NCBI RefSeq assembly: GCF_018350175.1
Contig: NC_058368.1
Location: forward strand, 70,558,001 to 70,622,000
Length of the DNA stretch: 64,000 bases
Source of the DNA: Felis catus
Taxonomy: Eukaryota
Direction of reading: 5' to 3'
Every line of letters starts with the position of its first letter. The stretch's first letter is position 1. Positions 38,440 to 51,100 of this stretch are shown piece by piece. The notes beneath the pieces were generated by a model. That model saw only the letters and a program-made list of their open reading frames with translations, searched no databases and was not told the origin of the DNA. Made by a program: the position numbers and the translations under genes.

Positions 38440-39270
38440 CCAGTCTGTCTTTGGCTCCTACCACTACACCACAGCTGTTCCTAGAAGGTTATCAGACGCC
38501 TCCATTTTGCCAAGTCCAGCGGTCATTTTCCTCCCCGTCCTACTTGAACGTGGCAGAGCTGTGTGGTTCATCACCAGCTGTTCCCAGCCTAAAACACTGT
38601 TCTCTTTGCTTCAGTGATGCTGAGCCCTCCTGGTTTTCCTCCTGTCCCCTGAAAGCCCTTCTCAGATCACGTCACTCGCTTCTCCTACTCTGTCCATCCA
38701 CAGAATATTGCTGGGTTGAATCCTAAGTCCTCTTCGCCCTTTTGTTCGTCCCGCACCCTTGCTATTATCTCATCTAGTCCCATTGCTTTAACCGCTGTCA
38801 GTGCCTGTGACCTCTAAATCTTTAGCTCTGCTAAGTTTCCCCCCTAAGTTCCAGGTCTGTCTATCTAACTGCCAAGTCGATATCACCACTAAGATTTCTA
38901 ATAGACGTTCCCAGGCTCACTCCTGCATCACATTTGCTGTTTTCACTGCCTAAAATCTTCTTCCTCTAGTTCTTCGAATCACTGGCATCCCATTATCCTG
39001 AAGGTATTTGCTCAAATGTCACTTTCTCCAAAGCTTCCCTGACATCTGACCTAAAGATGGTCCCTTCTCCAAGCCACTTTATTTTGTCTCCTTCACAGAA
39101 CGTATCTGGAATTGTTGTGTTTGCTCATTTACTGTGTAGTCTCCATGTTGGCCACTGTTACCCCCATGAGAGTACGATCTTGTTTACCTTGTCTTCTGCT
39201 GTCCCCTGAGTGCCTAGAACAGTGCCTGGTGTATACTAGATGCTCAACAAATCTTGCCTACTTAATTGAT
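38440..39270 (+). mobile_element. L2 fragment(s)
   Basis: Pyrimidine-rich body ending gtgcctagaacagtgcctgg...tagatgctcaacaaat. Confidence 0.7.
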
Positions 39271-39389
39271 TTAAATTTTATGAAGAAAATATTAAAGTGT
39301 ACTTTTCTCCTGTTAGCATATTATCAGTTATGTTCTAATTTGGTGTGAATAATCTCTTATCCTAAGAATCAAATTCACAGAATTAAATA

Positions 39390-40095
39390 TTTTTTTTACT
39401 AAAATTTTTTTAATATGTACTTATTTTTGACAGAGAGAAACAGAGCACGAGCAGGGGAGGGACAGAGAGAGAGGGAGACAGAATTTGAAGCAGGTTCCAG
39501 GCTCTGAGCTGTCAGCACAGAGCCCAACGTGGGGCTTGAACTCACAAACTGTGAAATCATGACCTGAGTCGAAGTTGGACACTTCACCGACTGATTGCCC
39601 AGGAACCCCTAAAGATTTTTTTTTCTTTTTTTTACAAAGGAATTGCCATACTCATTTAACCTAGAAAACCAAGAGTCTTTAGACATCTATTACCATATGA
39701 ATTACCTTAAAGATATGAGTTTTGTAGGCTTGGCTGTAAATAGAATTATTAATTACTATTGGCGAGGATTTTAAAACTAGAAAAATCAGTACTTGAAAAA
39801 TGTACTAGAACACTATGTAAATTTTAAATTGTCTTTATTTTCTGATAATTTTTTTTAATTTTATTTTAAAGAACACATGCAGAAGCTGGGGAGGGGGATA
39901 GAGAGAAAGGAAAGGAGAGAGAGAGAGAGAGAGAAAGAGGGAGGGAGGGAGAGAGAGGGGAAAGAGAGAGAATCTTAAGCAGGCTCCATGCTCAGCACTG
40001 AGCCTGATGCGGGCACCTGATCCCATGACCCTAGGATCATGACCTGAGCCAAAATGAAGAGTTAGACACTCAACCAACTGAACCACCAGCCGCCT
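39390..40095 (-). mobile_element. Two SINECs (about 39390-39609 and 39847-40095)
   Basis: Reverse SINE bodies; second copy has TSD tattttctgat. Confidence 0.9.
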
Positions 40096-40540
40096 CTATT
40101 TTCTGATCAATGTATTACATGGCTGGATTACACCCTTAAAGTTGTTTTCTGCCAGTGTCTCTCTTTGATGGCCATCTGCCAATAAGAGTAACCACAGTGC
40201 TAGTATAGTGTGAAAGTGTTTTGATAACCAGGTCTTATATAGCGTCTTTTTTTAAAAGAAAATATTGCTTTTAAAATATTTTAGCAGTACTATGAGTGTT
40301 ACGTGGTTAGAATTTTGCTGTCTCTTCTAGCTTTAAAAAAACAAATTTGTTTACTGAGTAAATTTTTGTTGATTTGTACTGCTTATCATTCAGCAACTTG
40401 GTAGGATTTTGGTTATCACCTGGCACTGCTAAAATGATGAAAAATACGATCTGAAATACCTGTGGTTATTGATTTCTGTGTTAAATATGTTCTTTAACAT
40501 TGTTACAATGAAACAACCCAGCTGGACTTTCCTCTTTCAG

Positions 40541-40783
40541 ATATCAGGCATCTGCTACAACAGCAAAATGTTTCAAGTTCACCGGGTTCTCTACGTTCCC
40601 AGCTGGATGGCAAAGTTCTTTTCCCGGACACTTGAGCCCATCTTCTCATCTTCAGAACCCACGGCTGAAGCCAGAGTCGGAATGGGGGCCACAGTGGACA
40701 TCCAGAGACAGCAGACGATGGAGTTGCTGGACCGGCAGCTGATGCTGTCTCAGTTTGCCCAAGTGAGAAGACAGAGGCAGCAG
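40541..40783 (+). CDS. UBAC2: UBAC2 coding exon (exon 7 equivalent): ISGICYNSKMFQVHRVLYVPSWMAKFFSRTLEPIFSSSEPTAEARVGMGATVDIQRQQTMELLDRQLMLSQFAQVRRQRQQ
   Basis: Acceptor ctttcctctttcag|, donor cag|gtgagc. Length 243 nt, phase 0-0. Contained in ORF 40469..40903, peptide recognised as UBAC2. Confidence 0.96.
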
Positions 40784-43728
40784 GTGAGCGACAAGATAGG
40801 GATCCGCAGAAGCTCTCAGAGGCCTGGGTATGCTTGCCTCTATGGCTGTGTGTGCAGGAGAGAGGATATTTCAGTCCTGCAGGTCAAAGTGTGGATAATT
40901 TGACGTTTTCCCAGGTGGGATGTAGGTCTCTGATAGTGGCTATTCTCGGGGTTTTTTAAAGGTAAAAAAATAAATGGCAGCTGAAAGACTGGTCAAACTG
41001 GACATTCTTGTTCCACTTCTATTAGATAAACGTTATTTCTTAGAGAAACACCAACCTAGTTAACAAGACGTGATATTTATCTGTTCTTATGATCTCGTAA
41101 AAGCCACAATGTCTTCCTGTTAAAGTGCTTATTATCATGTGCTCTGGGGTAGAGCACATTTAAAACTTCTTGATTTTCCTTGGTTGAAATGGAGAGAAGA
41201 CAGAGGTAAGAAAATTTCAGGGGAACAACCAGTGAATCACATAAATGCTGTTTTTGTAGGCTTGGTATCAATCATCAGGGAATATTGAGCATTTATCTAC
41301 AAACACTGCTGTATTCAAACACTCTCTTAGCACACTTGTCTTTCAAGGGTTACTATCTATCAGCCAAAACCTCATACCTGATCTTTCTTCGCCATTCTGT
41401 GAGCCAGCGCAGTGAGTGGGCTCTTCATTTCTTGTCTCCATCTTTACCTTCTGGGGTATGAGAGAGGATACTGTTCTCTCCTGCCATCTCTCTAGCTCCT
41501 GCCTTCACTGGGTGTGAGAATTAGGTCTGCAGGCTCACACTGGTCTGGAGAAGTGAGATCGAGTGTGGCATCCGGTGTCCCATTGGAGATGTCAGTCCCA
41601 GAGTCTGTATCTGGGGTAGAAGAAGGGGCCCCTTATTAACAGGCTGAGTCCACTGGTGAAAGAGGGAAGCACAGGTTGTTCCCTAGAGATGTATTTGAAC
41701 TTGAGATGACTCTGAAGCATACAACAAAGATACCTGCGATGTATCTGTGTGTTAAATGCAGAGAACAGACCTCCCTCTTAGAGAGGTCAGAGCTGGAGGT
41801 ATAGATCTGGAGTCAGCTCTGTAGGGTCGAGAGATGAAAGCAAGGTGCTAGATGAGTTCTTTAAGAGAATTACGTCCACAATGAACATAGGCTATAGACG
41901 AAGCTTTGTATGTAGCAAGAGGAGGAGCTGGATCCTTCAAGGAAACAGAAGGAAGAATGAAAAGTATGGGAACTCAGAATAATCAGTGTCCCAAAAATGA
42001 AGTCATTGTGAGTATAAATATGTTCCAGGCAGAACGGGCAGAGCTGTGAGGGAGAGAAAGACATAGGGTACCATTCTGAGGGTACGATTCTGAGGTTTCT
42101 GGCTTAGGTGATAGGATATAATAGATCGATGACAGCACCATTTCACCAACATCTGAAGAGCAGATTTGGGGGAAATAGATCTACTGAGGTGCCTTCAGTA
42201 TGCCTGGACTCCCTGTCAGGTAGCTGTGGACCTTGTACTCATGAGCAAGCCGGGGAAGTTACATTGCTCAGCTGGGCGTCCCCAGGCACATTTTTGTGCA
42301 TGAAGTTTCTCAGACAACATTGTCAGGATCGGCATCTTTTGGGGGAGGGGTGGCGAAGGACACAGGGTGGCTGAACAGCAGTTATGAAGAGGGTCTGAGC
42401 CAGCCTTACAGAAAGCTGTGGAACAGAGAGAGCCCCAGATCCGGCCCAGGAGCTGAACCATGGAACCTCCACCGGTCACTCACTGGGTACGATTGCAGGT
42501 CTCGGGCCAACTGGCTGTCAGATGCACACCATCCACAGAGGGCGCATCCCTGGAGAGGTGTCAGCTGCCGGCACCCCCACAGCAGGAGGGTGGAGCCTTC
42601 AGTCCTGGGGGAGGTGCGGGCTCGGTGGGGCGGGGGGGGGGGACCAAAGTATCCACCCCCTGTGCCGTTTGCATCCTCCTGGTTCACGTAGTAAGTTCTT
42701 GGAGCGGCTCTCCCCAGATTCCAGCGATGCTCTTTTCCCAGGAGAAATCTTCAAGAGGAGTGTTAGCAGGACATACTTCACCCCCTTCTGCTGCAGCTGG
42801 TCTCCAGGCCACACTGGTCATCGTCTCCCTCCACTACTTCCCATTCCACTCTCAGCTGAAAGGCACACTTGGTGAAGTGACATGGAGCCTCATCCCTGTG
42901 GGGTCTGAGTCCCTGTCACCATGCCTTTCTCAGGCTGTGTCTGCTGCCCTTGTCTATCTATTTACTGTAAACCTCGGGGCAAGGGAGTACCAAGTGATGT
43001 CCTAGTGCAGCACCTGGTGCTGCACATATTTTTCCCTCCCACTTTTTGTCCCCCTGTCTGTGCCTTTTCCTGAGGATTAGGGCTAATTAATCCTGCCATG
43101 GTGGTGATCTATTTCCTTGCCTGCTGGTCTTTTGGCACACAAGCCCAGAATGACTGGGCCACAGCTGTAACTCCAGATGTAATGGCCTCTTACTGTGTCC
43201 CTGGTGGAAGCATTCCACTCCTGGGCGGCACATTCTCTAAACCCACTGAGTCTAGAGTTTCAGGGGCAGGAAGCCGGATTCCCAAGTGGGTCACTGGGTA
43301 AGAGGGTAATCAGGGTTCCATCCCCTCCTGTCTCTTATTTCCAAGATCCAACTGTTGGGGACGCAGCCCCGGATAGCGGTTGTTGATTTAGGGTCTGCAC
43401 TGTATGCTGGGGCCAAGAGTGCTATCCTTGTGGGGCATCCTCTCCAAACTGGCATTTCACTTACACCTTCAACTGGCCGTCTCATTGATCTGGCAAGGTG
43501 GCAGCTCCCAGGTCATATGATACGTGAGGGTCACTGCATCCCGTGGTCTTTTTGCTGCTGTGCATACTTTGTTGTAAGTGGCCTTGTGGTCTGATGTGAT
43601 GTTAGTTGGAACCCTGGTCAGTAGATGAAACTTCTGTAAACCCCACAGATAGTGATGCTGGTTGACAGAAAAGGCGGACAGACCTATAACCTGAATATGT
43701 GTCGATTTCAGTTAAGATTTGCTGCCTT

Positions 43729-43953
43729 TGGGGTGCCTGGGTGGCTCAGTCGGTTAAGCAGCCGAGTTCGGCTCAGGTCATGATCTCGCGGTCCGTGAGT
43801 TCCAGCCCCGCGTCAGGCTCTGTGCTGACAGCTAAGAGCCTGGAGCCTGTTTCAGATTCTGTGTCTCCCTCTCTCTGACCCTCCCCTGTTCATGCTCTGT
43901 CTCTCCCTGTCGCAAAAATAAATAAACCGTTAAAAAACAATTAAAAAAAAAAA
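43729..43953 (+). mobile_element. SINEC_Fc-type SINE inserted in the ERVL relic
   Basis: TSD aagatttgctgccttt / aagatgtgctgccttt. Confidence 0.93.
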
Positions 43954-43965
43954 GATGTGCTGCCT

Positions 43966-44303
43966 TTATTATAGTTGCTCAGGCTGCCATAACCGAGTAC
44001 CACAGACTGAGTGGTTTAAACAACAGAAAATTTTTTTTCTTATTGTTCTGGAAACTAGAAATCCAAGGACAAGGTCCTGGAAGTTTGGTATTTGGAGAGG
44101 ATTCTCCCTGGCTTGCAGATGGCAACCTTCCTATTCTGTCCTCATGTGGTCTTGCCCCAGAGTATGCGTGCTCCTGTTGGATCAGGGTCCCACCCTTAGG
44201 ACCTCATTTAACCTTAATTGCCTCTGTAAAAGCCCTGTCTCCAAATACAGTCACATGGGGGGTTAGGAACTTCAACTATGAATTTGGGGGTGGGCACAGT
44301 CCA
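43966..44303 (-). mobile_element. MLT1A/B-like solo LTR inserted in the ERVL relic
   Basis: ggctgccataaccgagtaccacagactgagtggtttaaacaacaga...cttcaactatgaatttggggg. Confidence 0.85.
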
Positions 44304-45399
44304 GAGAGAAGGGCCCGGTGCAGTCAGTCTCGCACTGACTGTTGTTTCTTCTCGAGGGATGGTGTATGAGGGCTCGGTGTTGGTGTCTGTTGCCGTCAGT
44401 AGCTGGTTCACCCTTGAAGCAAGACAGGGCCTCTATCTCTGCCCTCATGGCCTCTGTGTCCACGTGCCAACCCTGGGGTGGCCGGTGATAGAGGCTGGCT
44501 CATGTCTGTTGGCTGAGTCACTCTGTCCCCCTCTTCTGTGGAGGAGGTTTCTGATAGATAAGACTTCAGCATTATTTTGGAATGTTTGTTTCAGTGTATT
44601 CATTTTTATTTCTTTTGCCTTGTTCTGTCATATTTCCTCTCACTGCCTGGCAGTGGCTTAGTGCTCTCTGTCACCCACCCCCTGTGGGCCTCACTTGGCT
44701 CTGGGGTTAGAGTCGGTCGGTCATTACTGGAAACTCTGAGCAAGACTGGTGGGTACTCTGTGGGCACAAGCGAAGTGAAAAACATGTCCTTTCCCTTAAC
44801 GAATTTGTGATCAACTTCAGGGAGCTTGGGCAGACAGACTGAATGAGATAAAACCCGGGAACAACGGTACACTGGCCTGAGTTCCCGGAGCGGCAAGGTG
44901 TCTGAGAAGAAGTGCCGTCAGTGCAGCCTGAGACTGTGTGGGTTCAGGGCCTGGAAGGATCGGCAGGACTGGGTGGGCTGACACGAGGCAGATTATCCCC
45001 TGAGCAGAGGACTAGCATGCACATGATAGAGGCCCCTTGACTGAGGCGTGGAGGGCACATAGTGAGAAATGGGAAGTCATGCTGCACTTGTAATGGAGGG
45101 AGGGCTGTTTACACCTGACAGCAGATTTGGGTTTTGACATAGGAGGCTATGAAAAGCAGTTTAGCTGGTAGTAAAGGTAGACAGTGTTCTAGAAAAATCC
45201 ATCTTCTTGCAGTGCATATGGTGGAAGGGAGAAAGGGGAGAGCAGGGAGGAGGAGACAGATAGGAGGCCATCTTGAAATTCAGCTCTGTGAGCGCCACGG
45301 CCAGGATAAGGGTAGTCTCCTCATTGAGCTCTTCTGACTCCCTCTTGTTGCCTGAGGCTCAGTCATCCCAGTAGGGGACCCCCAGTCCCTCCAGTGCAC

Positions 45400-46270
45400 C
45401 CCACTAAGCTCCAGCTCAGATCTAGATTAGGACCAGACTCTTCTCTCCTGGGCTCCACACCTAAACCTCCCACCACCTACTGGGCATCTCCACTCACATG
45501 CTCCACAGGCACCTGATGCCTTCCATTTCTTTGCTGAACTGGCTTCTCCTCCTCACTCCTTCCCCTCACAGAGAGCACCATCACCTGCCCAAAGACCTGA
45601 GCCAGGACATCTGGCTTCACCCGAGAGAAGGAAAGCTGTCACTCCCTCTCTGCATCCCACCTGGAGTCTTGCCACGATCACCTCCCTGTCCCCACCCAGC
45701 CCCTCCCCCCCACTCGTTCCCCAGAGTGATCTCTTTGACGCCACCAATCTGACCGTTTTGCTCCACCCAACTCCTCCTGAAGCGCTTTATGGCTTTTAAG
45801 GTCATTAACACTCATTACCCAGAGCCCTTCCATGGCCTCCCTCGGCCCCACACGCAGCTTTAGGGTAACCTTGCTCAGCTGCTTACAGTGTGTCAGAGCC
45901 CCACTGTTTCTCACTGCCTGCCTTCACTTCTGCCCCTAGCTCTGCCTACAGCAGACATCCCCATGCCAGCTTCCCCACCCCAGCACACACACAAGGTCTT
46001 CCTGCCTAAACTCCTTTTACCCCCGTGTCCCTTGCAGATATCACCTTCTCTGGGAAACCTGTTGAGCCTCCCCTGTCGGCTCTGATTATCCTCTCCCTGT
46101 TCCTACAGCCTCTGGGTGTCTCTTTCATGGCGCTCAACCTCACTCTTGGGTGACTTCCCTGTCTCTACCAGTAGTGTGTCTCAGGGGTGGGTGGAGACTT
46201 TTTCTTTGTATCTCCAGTATGTGAATAATGCTTGGCACATGTTGGGAACTCACATATTTAGGGAATTAAT
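45400..46270 (+). mobile_element. Degenerate L2
   Basis: cctactgggcatctccactcacatgctccacaggcacct and cttggcacatgttgggaactcacatattta end motif. Confidence 0.6.
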
Positions 46271-46412
46271 GACTAAATATGTGTATAATCAGTATTTACA
46301 GAATTAATGTACTGAGGCCAGCTGAATACAGGTGAATAGTCAGGGTTGGAAAGTACACAAATAACCTCTAAGAGGACAAGTGTGAAGCAAACCATTAAAA
46401 ACATCCTGACAC

Positions 46413-47050
46413 AGGGTGTCTGGGTGGCTCAGTCGGTTAAGCATCCAACTCTTGATTTTGGCTCAGGTCCTGGTCTCATGTTTCGTTAGTTTGAGCCCTG
46501 GATGGGGCTCTGCTGACAGCTCGGAGCCTGCCTGGGATTCTCTCTCCCTGTCCCTCCACCCCTCCTAGGCTCGTGTGTGTGCTCTCTCTCTCAAAAAATA
46601 AAATAAACTTTAAAAAAAATAAATAAATAAAAATGTGACTCACTTATTAAAAAAAAAAAAAGATATCCTGAGATCCACGTGCCCAGAGCACAGAGAGGAG
46701 AGGAAGAAGGAAAGCATTTCCAGGGAGGTGAGGAGAAAACCAGAGAGAAGACAGTGTTTGAGGGGTCATGGGAGAGCGGCTGTTCAGATTCAGGTACCAC
46801 CCACCCCCACCCCTGCAAATTAAAAGCCAAGCAGAGGGGCATCTGGGTGGCTCAGTCAGTTGAGCATCCAACTTCAGCTCAGGCCATGATCTCACGGTCT
46901 GTGGGTTCAAGCCCCACATCAGGCTCTGTGCTGACAGCTCAGAGCCTGGAGCCTGCTTCAGATTCTGTGTCTTCCTCTCTCTCTGTGTCCCTCCCCCACT
47001 CGTGCTCTCTTTCTCCCAAAAATAAACTTTTTTTTTAAATTTTTTTAAAA
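46413..47050 (+). mobile_element. Two SINECs (about 46413-46660 and 46836-47050)
   Basis: TSD-like atcctga and ccaagcaga flanks. Confidence 0.9.
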
Positions 47051-48250
47051 ATCCAAGCAGAGATAGAAAAAGACCACGAGACTCAAAAAGAATTGGTTCA
47101 CTTTTGAAAGGAGTGTCCTTGGGAATGCAGGACAGAGCAGCCACCTGTGGATTGGAGAAACAGCATCTCTTCCGTCTGATCCACTGGCCTAATTCCAGGA
47201 CACAGCTGTGGTCATCACAGCTCCATTCGCCCAAGTTTACACCACTGAAAACGCTTTTAGAATGCTCTGTAGCATCTACAGATTGCACGGCTCTAAAGGA
47301 CAATGAACAGTGGGGAGACTGTAGACCTTGCTTCATCTAAAGATTGAGACCCGAGCACTCAGGGGGTCAGTGTGTAGTGTCCTTACGTCCTTACGATGTG
47401 ATCTTTCTGGACCCTGCCATGGTGGTTACTGCCAAAAAGCCCCTGGATGATGGTCTCGAGGACTTGTAGCTGTGATTGCTGAGTTCACCACATGGTAAGG
47501 CCCCAGTCCTTCCTTGTGGTTCTCCTTGCCCCCCACACCATAGGCTTCCCACTTCTGCGTGCGTCCATGTGGGCCAGGGTGTTAGGTCCGCCGTGACTCC
47601 ACTCAGATTCTCTCCTCTCCCCCTGCACCACAGAGGCGCTGGCCGTGTGGCTGGTGACAGCTCCTAGTCATTTTGGTACTTGCAGCTGCAGATCATTTTT
47701 CCATTCGGGGCCATCACATAACTTTTCACAAGTTTGTCTTTTATTCATTCATCCAATAGTAGGGTGAACTCTTGAAGGCCAGGAGCTGTGTGTTTTACGT
47801 ATTTTTGTCTCTCTTGGTCCTACTGGAGCGTGTAGCCCCGAGGGACTAAAGGACACTCCTCTGACCCTTAAGAGGTCTGCAGCTCCACCAGGAGAGGGTA
47901 GATGACTCAGTCCCGGGTGCTGAGCTACTGCTGGAGTTGGTATGCAGCAAAGCGAGAGTCCTGACCTCCCTGTGTGGCTGAGGGAATCTTGAAGACACCC
48001 ACTTTCAGGTAGGCGTTTCAGGCCCAGGGAACCTTGTGAGAAATCAGAGGGGCTCAAAACAGCTGGGGGAGCAAAAAGCAATTGCATTTGCATGAGCACA
48101 GGTTTCCCTAAGAGGCAGTGAAAGGTGAGGCTGGGGGGAACGCAGAGGCCGGGAGAGAGGGGGTCTTGGGCCACACGAAAAGTTATTTTTCCTTTTGTTC
48201 TAGAAGTAATGAGTCCGTGAAGCCTTTTAAGTAGGAGAGCAGGTTAGGGG

Positions 48251-48478
48251 TTTTTTTTGTTTTGTTTTTGTTTTTGTTTTTAATGTTTATTTTTGAGAGG
48301 GAGAGAGAGAGAGAGTGCGAGTAGGGCAGGGGCAGAGAGAGAGGAAGACACGGAATCCGAAGCAGGCTCCAGGCTCCAAGCTGTCAGCACAGAGCCCGAC
48401 TCAGGACTCCAGCTCACAAACCGCGAGACCATGACCCGAGCCAAAGTCGGACGCTCAACTGAGCCACCCAGGCGCCCC
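48251..48478 (-). mobile_element. SINEC
   Basis: Reverse full-length body with (TTTTTG)n tail. Confidence 0.92.
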
Positions 48479-49082
48479 TAGGTTTGTTTTTAAGGAGGAT
48501 TATTTGGGCCAAAATCTGAGCGATCAGTGGAAAAGGTGATGCTGGAGGAAGAAGACCAGGGGGGAGGTGATGAGGACTCTGTGTTTTCAGGGTATTCATG
48601 GTGGCGAAACAGAGCAGCCTCACTGAATGCTAGTGAATGGCCACAGTCAAGCTTTACAGGGCCTCTGTGCGTTTACACCTCCAGGGAAGTCACTGAAATT
48701 CCTATAGTCGTGAGCATCTGAACAGGGTTGCTGCACGTGTCCCCATGGCTTTTGGGCTTATGTTCCCTCTCTGCAGTCATGAGAGAAGAAACCCACGTGC
48801 TCACAATAGAAGATCCTCGGAATATAAATGAAGGAGCAAGGAATTTGCAGTTAAGGGATCAGCCCTGGGTGACAGGAAGCTCTGTACACTACCTAATAGC
48901 GTTGTCATGAGAATAAAGTAATTTCTACAAAATTACTTCACATACCAGAAAGATCTATCAGATATTAGTTATTATGATCTTATTCATTGGACCTCTGCTT
49001 TCTGGCTCTCAGGAAGTTTGGAGAGAGAGTTCTGATTCAGCAGCTAAGCTGATAGTTCCAACTCTTAAAAACTTGGAACCTT

Positions 49083-49298
49083 GGGGCGCCTGGGTGGCTC
49101 AGTCGGTTAAATGTCCGACTTCGGCTCAGGTCATGATCTCATGGTCCGTGAGTTCGAGCCCCGCGTCAGGCTCTGTGCTGACAGCTCAGAGCCTGGAGCC
49201 CGTTTCAGATTCTGTGTCTCCCTCTCTCTGACCCTCCCCTGTTCATGCTCTGTCTCTCTCTGTCTCAAAAATAAATAAACGTTAAAAAAAAAAAAAAA
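49083..49298 (+). mobile_element. Young SINEC_Fc-type SINE
   Basis: Perfect TSD aaaaacttggaacctt, pure poly-A tail, CpGs retained. Confidence 0.95.
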
Positions 49299-49320
49299 AA
49301 AAACTTGGAACCTTTAGAAC

Positions 49321-49515
49321 AAGAGTCAGTAGGCCATGGCCCCTGGGCCAAACCCAAAGCTAAGAATGGTTTTTGCATTTTCACTGGTTCTGTAAGTACC
49401 TGCATAGTGTCTTCAGTTTTGCCTCTGGGTCTTCAAAGCCTAAAACATTTACTGTCTGACCTGTCATTAAAAGCAAACAAACAAACAGACAAAAAACTTT
49501 GCCAGCCCACTGCTC
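49321..49515. mobile_element. MER58-like hAT-Charlie DNA transposon relic
   Basis: agctaagaatggtttttgcatttt...caaagcctaaaacatttactgtctg...tttgccagccc. Confidence 0.65.
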
Positions 49516-50467
49516 TAGAAGATTACATAGCCAATAGCTTTCAAAGCAAAGTTTTACCAAGAAGTCTTCGTTCTGTCTGGATCTTGATCGTCTGTTATTT
49601 GTGTGACCACCATTTTCTCTCTTGGCTGATGATAATAATGCCATTATATGCCACAATGTAAACTTGGTGATTGAACTTTCCAGAAGGTACCTCTGTAAAA
49701 TCTCCATTTCCCTTAGAAGCAGAGTTAAGGTGAGGAGGCCCTCTATGAATGCATCATGCTTGGTGGAAGCCAAGTGGGAGTTTTGTCAGCAACACAATGG
49801 AGTCAGTCAGTTGGCACTAATTTCTTCATTAGCTCTTCACTTCTTTTGGCTTCCAGTGTTTCCTGGATGATTAGCACCTCTGTTTTCAGTAACAAGCAGT
49901 CTGTTTGACCTGCAAGGAGAGAAGATGTTGGTGCCTACAGCAGCTCCCCATTATTCACTCATGCGTTTCAGTTATTTTCGTGGTGTTCAGTTAAACTGAA
50001 CTAGATACGTTCTCTCACCCTCGCTTAGTTACCTTTTGTGGCTGTGAAAATTGTTTCTCTCGTTATCCACCCCAGCGACAGTTGTTAGGTAACATCTAGC
50101 ATATGCGTTATTATGACTCATATCTGCCTTGTAAATCATGGTAGTTTCTATCATTAATCAAGTATTTTTAATTTAGTAAAATGTATTTAGTTTATTAAAA
50201 GTGCCCTCAAGTTCTCAATGTGTTTTTTAAGTTTTAATAGCTTTATGGAGGTCGACTTCACATACATTATGATTCATCTACTTAAAGTATACAATTCAGT
50301 GATTTTTAGTATATGCACAGAGTTGTACAACCATCACCACATTCAAGTTGAGACCATTTTTTTTTTACCCCAAAAAGAAACTGCCCAGTAGAAGTCACTT
50401 GCAATCTTCCCATATCCCTAGGCCTAGGCATATTTGGTAGTCTGTTCTCTATAGATTTGCCTATTCT

Positions 50468-50577
50468 GGGGGTGCCTGACTCGGTCAGTCAGTAGAACAT
50501 GAGACTCTTGATCTCAGGGTCATGAGTTCAAGCCCCATGTTGGGGGCAGAGTTTACTTAATAAAAAAAAAAAAAAAC
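50468..50577 (+). mobile_element. Short tRNA-derived CanSINE lacking the (CT)n linker, inserted in an old L1 3' fragment (about 50225-50650)
   Basis: tRNA-like head, then gcagagtttacttaat and poly-A; TSD tgcctattctgg (50458-50469, 50578-50589). Confidence 0.85.
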
Positions 50578-51048
50578 TGCCTATTCTGGACAGTTCATAC
50601 ACTATCTGGTCCTTTGTGACCAGCTCATCCATATTGCAGTATGCATGCTTGATGTGTTTAAATAGCAGGACGCATCTAGTAGACCTTTATGCTGGCAGGT
50701 GCCATCTCATCGAATGAGTTTCTGTCATTGCCCCTTCATCTGGCTGGGTCTCTAAGCTTCTTACTCATCTCTTGGCCCCACCAGCACTACAGTTTCCATT
50801 AACACTTACTTTCCACAAAATATATTTAGTAGTCCAGCCAGGCTCTGGGGAGTGTCACAGTGACCAAGACAGCATGATCCTTCCTCTCCCTGAGCTGAGA
50901 GTAGAACAAAGACAATTATAATAAAATGTCATGAGCACTCTTATAGGAGAAGCACCTAGCCTCACCTGTGGGGTTAAATAGTTTCTGGAGGAGGAACATT
51001 CTGCATGGAGCCCTGAAAACTATATACCTGTACCTTCACATGTGTGTG

Positions 51049-51051
<3 letters not shown>

Positions 51052-51097
<46 letters not shown>
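51052..51097. repeat. (TG)n microsatellite
   Basis: Directly visible. Confidence 0.97.

Positions 51098-51100
<3 letters not shown>

Larger units (their letters stand above)
42265..44560 (-). mobile_element. Fossil ERVL-class provirus fragment (LTR16-like 3' LTR about 42265-42650 plus degenerate internal integrase region)
   Basis: Minus-strand PPT-like agggggtgga (about 42652-42661) is followed by LTR16-like caggactgaaggctccaccctcctgctgtggggtgccggcagctgac...cctggggacgcccagctgagca. The 42950-43728 and 44310-44560 segments resemble reversed ERVL pol/integrase (cctgctggtcttttggcac, gtccctggtggaagcattcc, agtgggtcactggg). No intact ORF. Confidence 0.72.

Noticed and set aside
40469..40903. Stand-alone 144-aa gene
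   Set aside because: The core is UBAC2 exon 7 and the flanks are intron. The listed start is not an ATG.
42066..42095. 14-bp tandem duplication gggtac(c/g)attctga
   Set aside because: Ordinary small duplication with no further structure.
42108..44896. Dense overlapping ORFs as a novel gene or intact retroviral gene
   Set aside because: GC-rich decayed ERVL/LTR sequence with no intact pol or env frame.
46647..47336. Longest ORF in the track (229 aa, minus strand)
   Set aside because: It runs through an antisense SINEC (KQAPGSELSAQS is a typical SINEC translation) and has no recognisable domain.
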